Notes under the pieces: model-generated
Told to the model about the DNA's origin: nothing
The model's input: the letters and a program-made list of their open reading frames with translations, nothing else
The model's database searches: none
Source of the DNA: Eledone cirrhosa
Taxonomy: Eukaryota
Assembly: GCA_964016885.1 (NCBI GenBank)
Contig: OZ024740.1
Span: 153,016,001 to 153,080,000 of the forward strand
Length of the DNA stretch: 64,000 bases
Direction: 5' to 3'
Shown: piece after piece, positions 48,801-61,043 of the stretch
Layout: every line of letters starts with the position of its first letter
Position numbering within the stretch: position 1 is the stretch's first letter
Translations under genes and position numbers: made by a program

Positions 48801-51800
48801 ATTAGATCAACTATTATTTAAAGCTTAGTTATTCTGCCAAAAATTATCAAACTGACTCTTATTCTTTCTAGAAGCTGTAATTAATCTGTTACTATAATAA
48901 ATACTTATATCCTATCGCCAAATTGAATGCAACAGATAAAATTATTATAAAACATGAGCTCTGTATTACAGATGGATGAGACAAGGTAGTATAATTAAAT
49001 TCTAGCTTCAAAATTTAATGATCTCTTTTTCACAACCTTTGTAATCTACTCCAAATTAAGTTACTTCTCTTCTTTGTTTCTATTCTGTGCTCTACTGCAC
49101 AACAGGTCATCATTCTAAGAGAGCAAGAAGAATAAAACCTAACATTTGTCTAGTTGGCAAACTTTATATGATTGGTTGCTTTTTCTAAAAAATACTTTCA
49201 GGTGAGACAAACCTTCAATATAATTATTTTAATACTAAATAACACCAAACTACCTATAATTGGAGACTTCAATATTTTCTTATTTTTAAAATTTCTGTAT
49301 AAAATCCTTTTTAGATATGTTTGTTTTCAGAAAAAAACTTTATCTCTGTATTTAGATTTAGAAAATTGAAATAGTTTTAAATTGTTAATATGGCCATTTT
49401 CTTTATTAACAAAACATAAAAAAAACTGACATTGAAAGGCCTTGATTTAAATTGCTTTCAGATTTGGCTTTAAACAACATTTTTAAATTCTGAGCAGAAA
49501 TACCATTATGTATATGGATTTTTAAGATATTTTTGGAAAGTGTAGCAATACTGCCATCAAACTCTTTTTAATAAAAAAAAACAAACAAAATCTTCATAAA
49601 ATCTAATATGAAAGCTGAAATCATAACTCACCATATAGAAATATGACAATGCAGTACAAACTCCCCAAAAGACTGTTCCAGTCTTTACTGCTTTGATCTG
49701 AAATAAATTTATTAAAGAAAATATTAATTTTTGGAAATTACCAGTTTTTTTAAAATCATTTCCCTCAATGTCATCAATTCACAAATAAAGCTTAAACAAA
49801 ACAAAAAACAAAAAGGATTCAAATATTGGTTTCACTGTTATTTTCACTACCATGATGGAATTTGATTGTCAAACATGCATCTTTTGTTCTCTTCATTTCC
49901 ACCAAGAAAAACTAAGCTCCATCTAACAAAATGCTTAATTTATCTAAGTAAGAAATGTGTCAAAAGCAAACGAAACCGTAATACTTTGAATCTGCCAACC
50001 TGATACTGATGTACCAACAATATTGAATATTGACTATATTCTGTTGCCTCAGTATTCTCTTCTGATGCACACTTCTATTACCAATATTTACACCACTTTC
50101 TGCACAAATCAGCAATGTTTTACGTTGTTGCTTTAGCCAGAGTTCTTTATTGAGGCTGATAAGAAGGTAGCTTGGAAGTGTCACTACGAAAGGCTACTAA
50201 ATGAGGAGAATAATTGGGAGAAAGACAGTCTCCCCCACATCGATCCAATAGAGAGACCAGCAGTGCTAGTTGAAGGTAGTATAATAAGTAAGGCAATCAA
50301 AGATATGAAGACGGGTAAGGCGGCTGGGCCTTCGGAAATAGTTGCTGAAATGCTGAAGGCATCTGGCACGGTGGGACACACCATGGTCACCCGGATAGTT
50401 AACCAAGTCATACAGAATGGGGTCGTTCCGAAGGACTGTGGTAACAGCATCATCATTAACTGCTACAAGGGTAAAGGAGATGCCCTAGATAGGGGTAACT
50501 ATAGAGGCATTATATTAATCGACCAGGACATGAAGGTCACAGAAAAAGTAATAGCGCAACTAATCAGAGAGCGAATTGAGCTAGATGAAATGCAGTTCGG
50601 GTTTGTGTCAGGTAGAAGTACCACAGACGCTCTTTTCATTGTACAACTACAGGAGAAGTATCTAGCTAAAAGTAAACACCTATACTTAGCTTTTGTTGAC
50701 TTGGAGAAAGCCTCTGACAGAGTCTCCCGCTCCATTATCTGGTGGGCTCTTAGAAAACTAGGTGTTGATGAATGGCTTGTGAGAGCTATACAAGCCATGT
50801 ATAAAGAAACAGTCAGCAAGGTTAGAATTAACAACGAATATAGTGAAAAGTTTAGCGTAAAAGTTGGTGTTCATCAGGGCTCCGTCCTTAGCCCCCTACT
50901 ATTTATTATTGCCCTTCAGGCTATAACAGAGGAATTCAAGACTGGCTGCCCATGGGAACTCCTATATGCAGATGATCTAACGCTCATAGCTGAATCAATG
51001 GCCAAACTAGAGAAGAAATTCCAAACATGGAAGCATGGCCTAGAATCAAAAGGCCTTAAAATTAACCTGTCTAAGACTAAAATTCTAGTTTGTAGGAAGG
51101 GAAATAGGGCACCAGTCCCATCTGGGAAATGGCCATGCTCAGTGTGTAGGAAAGGAGTAGGCAGAAACTCCATTTTATGTCCCAAATGCAAAGTATGGGT
51201 ACATAAAAGATGTAGTGGGATCACAGGTAAGCTAACTAAGAATATAGATTTTATATATGGCCGGTGCTCTGGTGCAATAAGTAGCATCAAGTGCCCACAG
51301 AATACTAGCTCATTCCATTGCACAGATGGTTCTATAGAAATAGTGGACACCTTCCGTTACCTGGGTGACAAAATCAGCAGTGGTGGAGGGTGCTCTGAAA
51401 GTACAGTAGCTAGAGTCAGAACGGGATGGAAAAAGTTCAGAGAGCTTATACCAATATTGGCCGCTAAAGGGTTCTCTCTAAAAATGAAAGGCAGGCTGTA
51501 TGATGCTTGCATACGAACAGCAATGTTACATGGCAGTGAGACCTGGGCATTGTGTGCAGTGGATATACGCAGACTGGAGAGGAATGAAGCTTGCATGCTC
51601 CGCTGGATGTGTAATAGTAATATACGTGAACGGCAAAGCATAAACGAACTAAGGATGAAATTAGGAATAAGAGGGATCAGATGTTGTTTACCCGAGAGAA
51701 GACTACGTTGGTACGGTCACGTGATGCGCATGAAAGACGACAGCTGTATAAAAAAGTGCAGGGCGATAAAAATAGACGGTAGCTACGGAGTAGGCAGACC

Positions 51801-54800
51801 CAGAAAAACCTGGGACGACTTGATAAATTCCGACCTCACACACTTACACCTCTCCAAGACAATGTCACTGGACTGAGATCTTTGGCACTACACAGTAATA
51901 CAGAAGACTCGCCTTGCCTAAGTACAAAGCGAAACCTACAGTTAGTAGGCACCTCTAACAAAAATACACCCCTGTCCCACCCACACCACCCCTTTCAATG
52001 TAAAGTTATGTTGGTACCACAACATCCAGTCCGAAACAAATGAGGTCGTGTAGGTGTCACGACAAAAAAACACAGTCCACTCTGTAATGTGGCCGTATAG
52101 GTAACACGGTAAAAACCTCCCAGTTCACTGTAAACGTGGTTGGTGTTAGGAAGGGCATCCAGCCGTAGAAAACCCGCCAGACAGTCCTATATGAACAAGA
52201 CAACCAATCTTGCTTCAAGTGGGAAAATTCCCGTCCAAACCCATGCTAGCCTGGAAGATGGACGTTAAACGATGATGATGATGATATGATATTTGTCAGG
52301 TTTATATATTACCACTCACTGGTAATGATGATGATGATTCAGATTTAACTGACAAATATCAATAATTTTGTTAAGTTTATATATGTATTAGCCTTCAATT
52401 AGGTTTAATTGACAAATAACGTTTTTTCGGTAATTTTCATGTGGATACTCAGAGTAGCAGGGGTCTGGATTCAAGGGTTAATTAAACCACTTCGTCATTA
52501 TATACTCTATGCTACTTACAATGTTTGTTGTAAATATGCTTTAAGATATTGAACTTCAGCCTGTTTATATAGTTTCTTTTATATTTAGTCAATCAATTGC
52601 TTGCATTGCAGTATCGGTAGAGGGTCGGACGCCATGCTTTCCAGCATAGTTACGTCCCTTTATGATCTGAGTTCAAATCCCGCCAAGGTTAACTTTGCCT
52701 TTCATCCTTATGGGGTCGATAAAATAAAGTACCAGTAATGCACTGGGATAATTGCTGGCTTTGTGCCTAAAGTAGAAACAATTAATTACATAATTTCTAA
52801 GCCTTACTAAAATTGATACTGTATTGCTTGGAGGCACATGGCTTAGTGGTTAGAGCATTGGCCTTGCAATCGAAAGGTTGTGAGTTCAATTCTCAGACCG
52901 GGTGATGTGTTGTTTCCTTGAGCAAGACACTTTATTTCACATTGCTCCAGTTTACTCAGCTGTAGAAATGAGATGATATGGACTGGGATCCATATCATTC
53001 CACTGCAAAGTGGTCGTGGAGGTGCCACGGCAAAAAAAGCACCCAGCGAGGTTGGTGTTAGGAAGAGCATCCAGCTGTAGAAATCAAGCAAGAATCAGTT
53101 CCCGTCCCACCCTTGCAAGCAGGGAAAAGCGGACGTAAAATGATGATGATGATGATTGCTTATTAAATTCGATTTTATTCAGCAAATTTAAATTCAATGA
53201 GATATTCAAATGTTCCATTTGAGAGAATGGAATCATTACTTTCTATATAAGTTCATAATAACCAGTGGTGTGTTGTGAAAAATTGCTATGGTAAGCATAT
53301 GGAATGTGGTGAATTTGATGGACAGTAGCCACTCACTGTGATACAAGTTCAAAAAACTTTTTATCATTATTAAATTATTATATTATTCCAAAAATATTAG
53401 TACCATTATTCAAGTACTATAATAATGACTGAAGAATTTTGCTTCTTCAGTCATTTTAGATCATCAAATAAATCATAATTTCTATAAGGTAAGCAATGCT
53501 TACTTTGTTTCTTAGGAGTACAAGCTACTTCATACTACATATTTTTAGGTTTTGAAAATAACACAAACTACATTTATAGAACATTTTTACAATTATAATT
53601 TTCCTCAAAAACATGTGTAAAATGAAAATGAATTAAATAAAATCTAAATTTTGAACTCTCATTTTACAAAGACATTATCTATAAAAATATTAATTCCTTT
53701 TATAACATTTTACAAAGAAAGAGTACAAAGAAACATAATAAGGCTATAGACAATTTGCTATTAGTACTGTTAATGTGAACACTGCATTTCAAGTAACTAT
53801 GGAATGCAACACAAAAAAGTTGCAGTACAAAATTTATTAATGGGAATAATCTTAGGCCAGTCAGATTCTAAACTAATACATTCTTTTAAAATCAAATACC
53901 AAAATGACATGCATGTGTTGGTAGAGGTAAGGAGGCATACAAAAGGATATCTTCTGAGTGATATCAAATAAGAGTATATAGATTCATATCGTTCATGTCT
54001 GTGTAATAAACAAATGAACTGTACAAAACTGAGAATAACGTATGCCAGGCATTCTACCATGTGGACATCAAACTAGTATTAATCTGGTTCAATAATGAAA
54101 TGCTGAACACTTTGTACAGGAATAAAACTGTTTTCAATGAAATTTAATATCAACAATTTTTTAAAATCAACAAAAGTTGAAAATTCACACAAAATTTTGT
54201 AACCTAAAAATATAAATTGTGGCAGAGCTTCACAATAAAAAAGTAAACATATTTATTCTTTTACTGGGTCTATGTTGGGGTACCATCTTGAAAGGATTTA
54301 GTTGATCACATCGACACCTCCGGTACTTATTTTATCAATCTCTTTTTCTTGAATTGCTAAGTTACAGGACAAAAACAAACAATAAATGTAAACACAAAAT
54401 CGAACACACACATCATCATCACTGTTTACTGTCCATTTTTGATGCTAGCATGGATTAGACATGTTGTCCTGTTGTGAGACAAACCAGATCAGATGACCAT
54501 GTCTTGCTCATACAGAACTGTTTCTGGTTTGGTTTCTATGACAGTATGCCCTTCCTAACACCAACTACATTTACAGTATGTACTGGGTGCTTTTTATCGT
54601 GACACCTACACAACCATGATACAGTGTGGATTGGGTGCTTTTTGTTGTCATCAACACATATATACATATTATACGACAGGCTTTTAAACAATTTCTATCA
54701 TATTTCACTCACAAGGCATTGGTCAACCTAAGGCTATAGTATAAGACACTTGTATAGTATAAGAAAATGTCTAAAATTGGGTTTGTAAATTCAAATGCTT

Positions 54801-57800
54801 ATAGTGTCTTTACTAATGGATGGATTGTTGTGAAACTTTGTAGTATTCAATTAAAGACTTACTTTTAATGTGATGCAGTTATAGTACTGTTTTGTAGTTT
54901 TCAAAAATGTCTTGCTAATGGGGTTTCATGCAGTACAGGATGTTAAGAGTGAAGACCCAAATCTACAGACATAAAACTACACAATACACGGCTTTCAGAT
55001 GGACAGGCAGACATTATACATACACAAATTACGATGATTGCTACTAGTTCTAAAACAAAGCTGATTGACAAATAAACAGTTTGTCAGATTTATAAGATTG
55101 TACACAAGGTGAATATATCTATTAGATGATACCCAAGGGACAGATAAATGCAAGAAAGAAACATTCATGTAGAGTGTGTGTGTATATTTATAGTGTTTGG
55201 ATTGATTATAAAACAAAGACTATAACTTACCCAAGTATAATAGGTGAACATCAAAGCAAATATGGCAATACCTTCATTATCATAGCTACCAGCAACAGAT
55301 CTACTGATGTAGCCTGGTACTATAGAAATTATAGAAAAAAAAGATGTTTTGAAGATATTTAACAACGGTTTCTTCTTTAGGCGCAATGGCCAGCAGTTTG
55401 AGGGGTAGGGAAAGTCAATTATATTGACCCAGTACTTGACTTGTACTTTATTGAATCTGGCAGGATGAAAGGCAAAGCTCAGCAGGATTTGAACAAGGAA
55501 CATAAAGGCTCATAACTAAATGTCACAAAGCATTTTGTCCAAAACTAATGATTCTGCTATCCAGTGCCCTTCGAAGATATTAAATAATAAAATCTTTAAC
55601 ACACCATTTGCACCAAGATTTTGAATATTTTAAAATAAAAGAAACAGAAAATTTCAAAGCATGTGGAGAATTTTAGGAAAACTCTAAAATTAGGGACTAT
55701 AAACTAATAAAGTTTACACACTGTATATTAATGTTGTTTAATGAAAACATAGAACAAGTGTTGGATATTTTGTTACAGAATGCATTAAATATGAATTGTT
55801 ATACTTGGGGAAGGTCATGTTATAATATTGCCAGAAATATATAGTAAAACACACTCACATTAAATATTAATTTTATATTAAAACAAAACTTCTAAAGAAA
55901 TATGTTTAAATATATATAATATATAATATTTTACTGTTTAGTCAGGAAAAAGAGAGCAGTGTCCATGACTCTTTTCAGAGCCTTCAAAGAGTTGGATCAA
56001 CTGATTGCAACATGGTGGACTTTGCTAAAGGGACCTAAGTACTGAGTTAAATTGGATGATAGATTAAGACTACCACCCAAGGGCCACAATGAATTTTAAA
56101 TGCAGAATGCAATACAAAAGCTACAAGGTGTCTCAATGCACTGCCTTGGACTGGTACTTTATTTCACTGACTTCAAAAGGATGAAAAGCAAAGTTGACTG
56201 TAGCAAGATTTGAACTCAGGGTGCAGAGAGCTGAGACAAATATCATCCAATAGTAACAACTGTACCAACATAACTCATATTTCTCTTCTGTAGCCAAAGA
56301 ATTTAATTTAGTGTTATCAAATGTCAGTAAGAAATATATGTAATATACTAAGTAGGTAGAGTACTGAATCTATAGTATCAAATTATGTCACAAACAACTG
56401 CCTCTTGAGGGTTTACTTTCTTTGTCTATTTGAAACTAGTTGACAGTAGAGCTGATCACTATAAATATGTCCATACTAAACCAGTATAGATCATTATAAT
56501 AATCTAGAAAGAAACAAGGACTGATATAAGTTGATTAAATCAATTCTAATATGACTGGTATTATATTTTATTGACCCCAGAAGGATGAAAGGCAAAGTTG
56601 AGCTCAGAAAAATTTGAATTTAGAATGAAAGACCAGGAAGAAATACTGCAATGCATATTGCCTGATGTTCTAATGATTCTGCCAATCCACTGCTCTGTAG
56701 ATTATTAAATAATTATTGAATAGTTTTGTAGGAATTATCAATGGGTAACATTTTGTGTGCTCACTATAGTTTAAGGAAAAAGAGCCAAGTCCATGTTTAG
56801 ATATTTGGTTGAAAAATAAAATAAAAGAGGCAAATGAGGATGTCAAGAAAATATAAATGGTCAGTAAAAACAACATCAGCAGTAAACACTATTTTGGTAA
56901 AATAGAACATAAGGATTATTTTTTTTTTAATAAAAGAATGAAGTGTAATAAAGTGAAAGGAGAAATATTTTTGTTGCGCAAATATAAAGTAATTATTTAA
57001 AGAAGAGTTTAACTCTTTTGTTACCATATTTCTAATGAAATACACTGCCTGAGATTTTAAAATAATTTTGAAAAATATTAAATATAACAAAATTTACTTA
57101 CATAAAATTATGATGAAAGATTTTAGCTAAATATAAATACTTAAAAAAAAAAATGAATTGTATAAGCAGTTTCAGGCAGTTTGGTATCAAAAGGGTTATA
57201 CCAATGAAATTTATTATGTAAAGGGAATTCAAGGTACATATAAATCACCAAATATGTTATTAGAAATATAAATCAATTGTACACAAAAGTTTTTGCATTA
57301 CTTATTTGTATTTAATCAAGTTTAATGCAGATTATTCTAATGATTAAGTATTGTTAGCTTAAAGGGATACATTTTAACACTATATTTGAAAACAATAATG
57401 CATTTAAAAGGTAAAAAGGTTAGCAAAGCAAAATATATATACAAATGGAAAAAAATACTTATATATATATACAAATGTTATATATATATATATATATATA
57501 CACGCGCATGCACACATATATATATATATAAATACATATGCATATACACACACACATAAATACATATGCATACACACACACATCCACGCTCACGCACACA
57601 CTGATCTTCAGAAAGCAAATGAAGTTAGTTGGTAGCTTGGAATATTTTAGAAGTATAATAAAGTAGCAGACACTACTTTAAAGTTTTATGACAATTGAAG
57701 TTAAACTTACCAATTGCAATGAAGCATGCTGCAAACAGACCTGCCCCTGAACTCCATATTTCCTTCGTAAAGAAATATGTAGCTAAAGCAGTGAGACCAC

Positions 57801-60056
57801 TAGAAGAAACAAACCAAATTTTAGGGAGTTAGTACTTACAACCAATAGGAATGACTCAAAACTTCATAAAAATATCCTTAACACAAGGTTTTGTCAAATA
57901 CACCTTACCATCCTGTGATGATTTAGCAGAAAATATTTACAAACGGCTTTGTTAATTCAAATGTTTACAATATCTTTAAAGGTATGCAGATCATGAAGAT
58001 TTGTAGCTGTTTTGACCTTTTCAAGAATGTCTTGCTAATGTGGTTACATGCAGTACATGGTGTTAAGAGTTAAACTAGTATGTAATATAATGAGCCAAAG
58101 TTAACAAAACAAACATAAAAATATGTGTGTAAACAAACAGGAGGCCAGGTTATTAACACTTTTGTTACCATAATTCTAATGAAAAACACTGCCTATGAAT
58201 TTCAAATAATTTAAAAAATAATCAAGAAGATAGGGAGATTTAGTCATATAACTAACTTGCCTATTATTAAGCTGATATTTGTAATATAATTGTTTCTACT
58301 TTTGGCACAAGGCCAGCAATTACCCAGTGCATTACTGGTACTTTATTTTATCGACCCCGTAAGGATGAAAGGCAAAGTTAACCTCGGCGGAATTTGAACT
58401 CAGATCATAAAGGGACGTAACTCTATGCGTCAAAGCATGGTGTCCGACTCTCTACCGATACTGCCAATCCACCGCCCTGTTTGTAATATAATGAAAGTTC
58501 TTACATAAAAGTATAATGGAAAGTTTTAGATAAATATAAGCACTTGAAAAAAAAAAACAGCTTTGAACTACAGGTGGTTTCAAACAGTTTCATATCAAAA
58601 TAAATAATAATTAGATTATACACATCTCATGAGTTACAGATACATTTAATTTTAGGGAGATTAATAGTCCATCATATTTTGATCTAGAATATCTCTTAAT
58701 TTTTTCCTATTTCTCAGATTATTTTACTTCCATGAACCTTCACATAAAAAAAGAAAAAGAAACATTGTTGTTGTTGCATAGTCCCCAGGTCATCCTTAAT
58801 CAAGCAAACTTATGATCAAAGGTATTCGAGCCCTGACAATCCAATCCTTTTGTATATCAAAGATTATATTGTTTAATGTGCCTTTTTTAGATAGCAGTTT
58901 GATTTGAGGGAGATTTGGTTGCAATTAATAATAGCTCAAATGACGAGAATGAAGAATGCTTATTGAGTGAAGGCATGTATAAACACTAGTTTAGATTTAT
59001 ACACAATTTTATGTTAATATATTTATATATTTTTTCAGTCAGTTTAATCATAGGACAGAGCTGTGCTGGGGTATCAAATTCAAGGGTTTAGTCAACCCCA
59101 AGCCTTATTTCAGTCTGGTACATTTCCTGCAGTAACTCTCTAACTGCTAATTGATAATAAAAATACTGATGCCTGAGAGTTCACCAAAAACAAGCAGCAT
59201 TGGGCTTGACAAAAGATTAGTCAAGTGCCATAAGCACTTATTTTCAAAATCATGCATACATTATCATATTTATCATCATTTTTACATGCCAGCATGGGTT
59301 GGACAGGTCATCATCATAAATCAAGTTAGTACTTGATTTGTCCTCCCAGATGGACTGGGAGCCACATCACATACATTCCGGTTTTGGCATGGACTCTACA
59401 GCTGGATGTCTTTCCTATCACCAACACATGCTATCATATTTTGAAACCGTAAACCAAGTTGCAGTGCATAGTACATAATTCTACAAACAATGTAAAAAAT
59501 GTGTAATCACCCTCCTCATCTTTTTTATGTCAGTCTTTTCCATGCTTGCATAGGTTGGATGAAATTTTTAAAAACAATTTTTCTATGGCTAGATGCCAAC
59601 CCTTACTTTATTTTAAGTATGGTTTATACCACTGATGTTCACTGAACTGCTAAACTGCAATGGTGTCAATATGAAAACGTTCATGGCGACTGGCATACTG
59701 GCACACACATATGAATATGACAGGCTTTCTTACAGTTTCTGCCTACCAAATTCATTCACAAGTCATTGGTTGGTCCGGGACTATAGAAAAAGACGCTTGC
59801 TGAAGGTGTTACGCAGTGGGATTGAATCTGAAACCATGTGATTCCAAAATAAAAAATAAGTTATTTTTCCTTTTTACATGACAGATTTCTACTTTACAAA
59901 ACTTTTTAATCTCTTCTAAAAAGATACAGTAAAAAATATCAAATACCTGAAAACAGGAGCTAAAAATACACAGATATCTCGGATATGAACAGGAATATTG
60001 AGAGCATGAAGGACCCAATGTATAGATCCTGATGTTACCATAAGTCCTGGGTAGAC
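30728..60056 (-). CDS. STT3B: Oligosaccharyltransferase catalytic subunit STT3B, gene span in window (15 coding exons; 5' exons outside the window)
   Basis: All 15 exons have GT-AG boundaries and consistent phases. The translation carries [28 protein letters not shown] and DINKFLWM. B-type rather than A-type because of [31 protein letters not shown] and a long basic tail. Confidence 0.95.
31170..31380. mobile_element. hAT (Charlie-like) MITE in the last STT3B intron
   Basis: TIRs cagaggttctcaa / ttgagaacctctg with an 8-bp TSD atctaaat (31162-31169 and 31381-31388). Confidence 0.9.
33463..33669 (-). CDS. STT3B: STT3B exon
   Basis: [49 protein letters not shown]...TKT; 207 nt, phase 0/0. Confidence 0.95.
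34911..35024 (-). CDS. STT3B: STT3B exon
   Basis: [38 protein letters not shown]; 114 nt. Confidence 0.95.
36202..36375 (-). CDS. STT3B: STT3B exon
   Basis: [58 protein letters not shown]; 174 nt. Confidence 0.96.
36715..38950 (+). mobile_element. Old degenerate RTE LINE interrupted by a SINE B (minus strand, about 38191-38580)
   Basis: Fragmented frames [41 protein letters not shown] and LLHGSETW. The SINE sits between the YDACV-like and LLHGSETW segments. Confidence 0.88.
39020..39233 (+). mobile_element. SINE family A (older variant)
   Basis: A and B boxes, core and attattatt tail. Confidence 0.85.
39347..39518 (-). CDS. STT3B: STT3B exon carrying the WWDYG motif
   Basis: [57 protein letters not shown]; 172 nt. 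Confidence 0.97.
40030..40195. repeat. Fold-back repeat, same family as 5421-5590
   Basis: An imperfect hairpin of about 110 nt: taggaaaagagtcag...gctgtttc-aacagctagatc(cgaact)gatctagctgtc-gaaacagc...ctgactattttccta. Confidence 0.75.
40917..41104 (-). CDS. STT3B: STT3B exon
   Basis: [63 protein letters not shown]; 188 nt, AAG acceptor. Confidence 0.93.
41849..42045 (-). CDS. STT3B: STT3B exon
   Basis: [44 protein letters not shown]...LYDK; 197 nt. Confidence 0.95.
42232..42385 (+). mobile_element. SINE family A with an internal deletion (another copy at about 42903-43066)
   Basis: Head and core are present. The B-box segment is deleted. Confidence 0.85.
44237..44440 (-). CDS. STT3B: STT3B exon
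   Basis: [67 protein letters not shown]; 204 nt. Confidence 0.97.
44837..44983 (-). CDS. STT3B: STT3B exon
   Basis: [48 protein letters not shown]; 147 nt. Confidence 0.93.
45839..45937 (-). CDS. STT3B: STT3B exon
   Basis: [32 protein letters not shown]; 99 nt. Confidence 0.96.
46885..47573 (+). mobile_element. RTE LINE 3' fragment
   Basis: Highly similar to 51640-52285 ([19 protein letters not shown]...GRPRKTW), with a (GAT)n tail. Confidence 0.92.
48074..48173 (-). CDS. STT3B: STT3B exon
   Basis: [33 protein letters not shown]; 100 nt. Confidence 0.96.
49632..49697 (-). CDS. STT3B: STT3B exon
   Basis: [22 protein letters not shown]; 66 nt. Confidence 0.94.
50152..52285 (+). mobile_element. 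5'-truncated RTE-clade LINE with an open RT frame (to 51876), antisense in an STT3B intron
   Basis: [19 protein letters not shown]...KAAGP...NYRGI...QFGF...FVDLEKA.DRV...[10 protein letters not shown]...LLYADD, a Cys-rich (PHD-like) insert, and [10 protein letters not shown]...GRPRKTW. The 3' UTR ends in (GAT)n. Confidence 0.95.
52607..52786 (+). mobile_element. SINE family A
   Basis: Near-full copy. Confidence 0.9.
52830..53156 (+). mobile_element. SINE family B
   Basis: tRNA-like head, ccttgagcaagacact core, RTE-like tail with (GAT)n, and attgctt repeated at both ends. Confidence 0.9.
55231..55319 (-). CDS. STT3B: STT3B exon
   Basis: [29 protein letters not shown]; 89 nt. Confidence 0.96.
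57010..57198. mobile_element. Older piggyBac-like MITE family (degenerate copies also near 760-840, 28130-28262, 31500-31742, 36450-36645, 43965-44200, 58155-58600)
   Basis: Ends taactcttttgttacca / tggtatcaaaagggtta and a shared interior (ttctaatgaaa.acactgcc..gatttt.a.ataattttgaaaa). Confidence 0.6.
57711..57799 (-). CDS. STT3B: STT3B exon
   Basis: [29 protein letters not shown]; 89 nt. Confidence 0.95.
58287..58477 (-). mobile_element. SINE family A inserted in a MITE
   Basis: Full copy flanked by the direct repeat tttgtaatataat. Confidence 0.92.
59947..60056 (-). CDS. STT3B: STT3B exon (most 5' exon found in the window)
   Basis: [37 protein letters not shown]; 110 nt. Confidence 0.95.
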
Positions 60057-60417
60057 CTAAAAATATAAAAAAAAAAGCTTTACACATATATTGCATAATC
60101 TTTTTGAAAGAGTATCCAGATAAAAATTACACTAGTTTAATAACAACCACCACCACCATTTAATGTCTATTTTCCATGCCTATATGAGTTAGACAGGTTG
60201 TCACATTCTGAGGCTAAACTTAGAAAGTGAAGGTGATAGTAGAGGTTGTGCTCTACTTTCCTAAAATGATTAGAAAGGGGTACATAATGGGGTGGTACAT
60301 ATCTCTCCATGCTGACATGGGGGCAGATGTGTGAGGAGGAAGACTAATGAGGGGACAGTTAAATTTGGTGTTTGCAACTATCAGCCTAAACTTCTGGTGA
60401 GGATAATAATATTAATA

Positions 60418-60815
60418 AATAGTTGTTTCTACTTTAGGCACAAGGCCAGCAATTACCCAGTGCATTACTGGTACTTTATTTTATCGACCCCGTAAGGATG
60501 AAAGGCAAAGTCAACCTCGGCGGGATTTGAACTCAGATCGTAAAGGGACGTAACTATGCTGGAAAGCATGGCGTCCGACCCTCTACCGATACTGCCAATC
60601 CACCACCCATAATATTAATAAATAATGGTTTCTGATTTAGGCCCAAGGCCAACAAATATGAGGAGGAGGTGTATTGCATAAATCGACCCCAGTGCATTAT
60701 TGGTGCTTTATTTTATCAACCCTGTAAGGATAATAGGCAACGCTAACCTCAGTAGGATTTGAACTCAGAACATAAAGAGCAGCAACTATTGCCGTAATGC
60801 ATATTGTCTGATGCT
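60418..60815 (-). mobile_element. Two tandem SINE family A copies (young at about 60418-60606, older at about 60623-60815)
   Basis: The young copy is flanked by ataatattaataaata repeats. Confidence 0.88.
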
Positions 60816-61043
60816 CCGTCAATACCTCTAATATTAATAAATAAGACCTTTTTTTGTTTCTCCCCAAATTCTTACCCACTTAGTTATGTTTATTTTTGTT
60901 TTGTTATGTCTCCATTTTTCACCTTTTCTTTCGTTATCTATCCCTCCTGCTTGTGTCTTCTCTCTTTTCCTTTCTCTGTCTTTCTCACTCTTCTCTTTCC
61001 TTCTTTCTATTTCTGTGTGTATGTGTGTATATATATATATATA

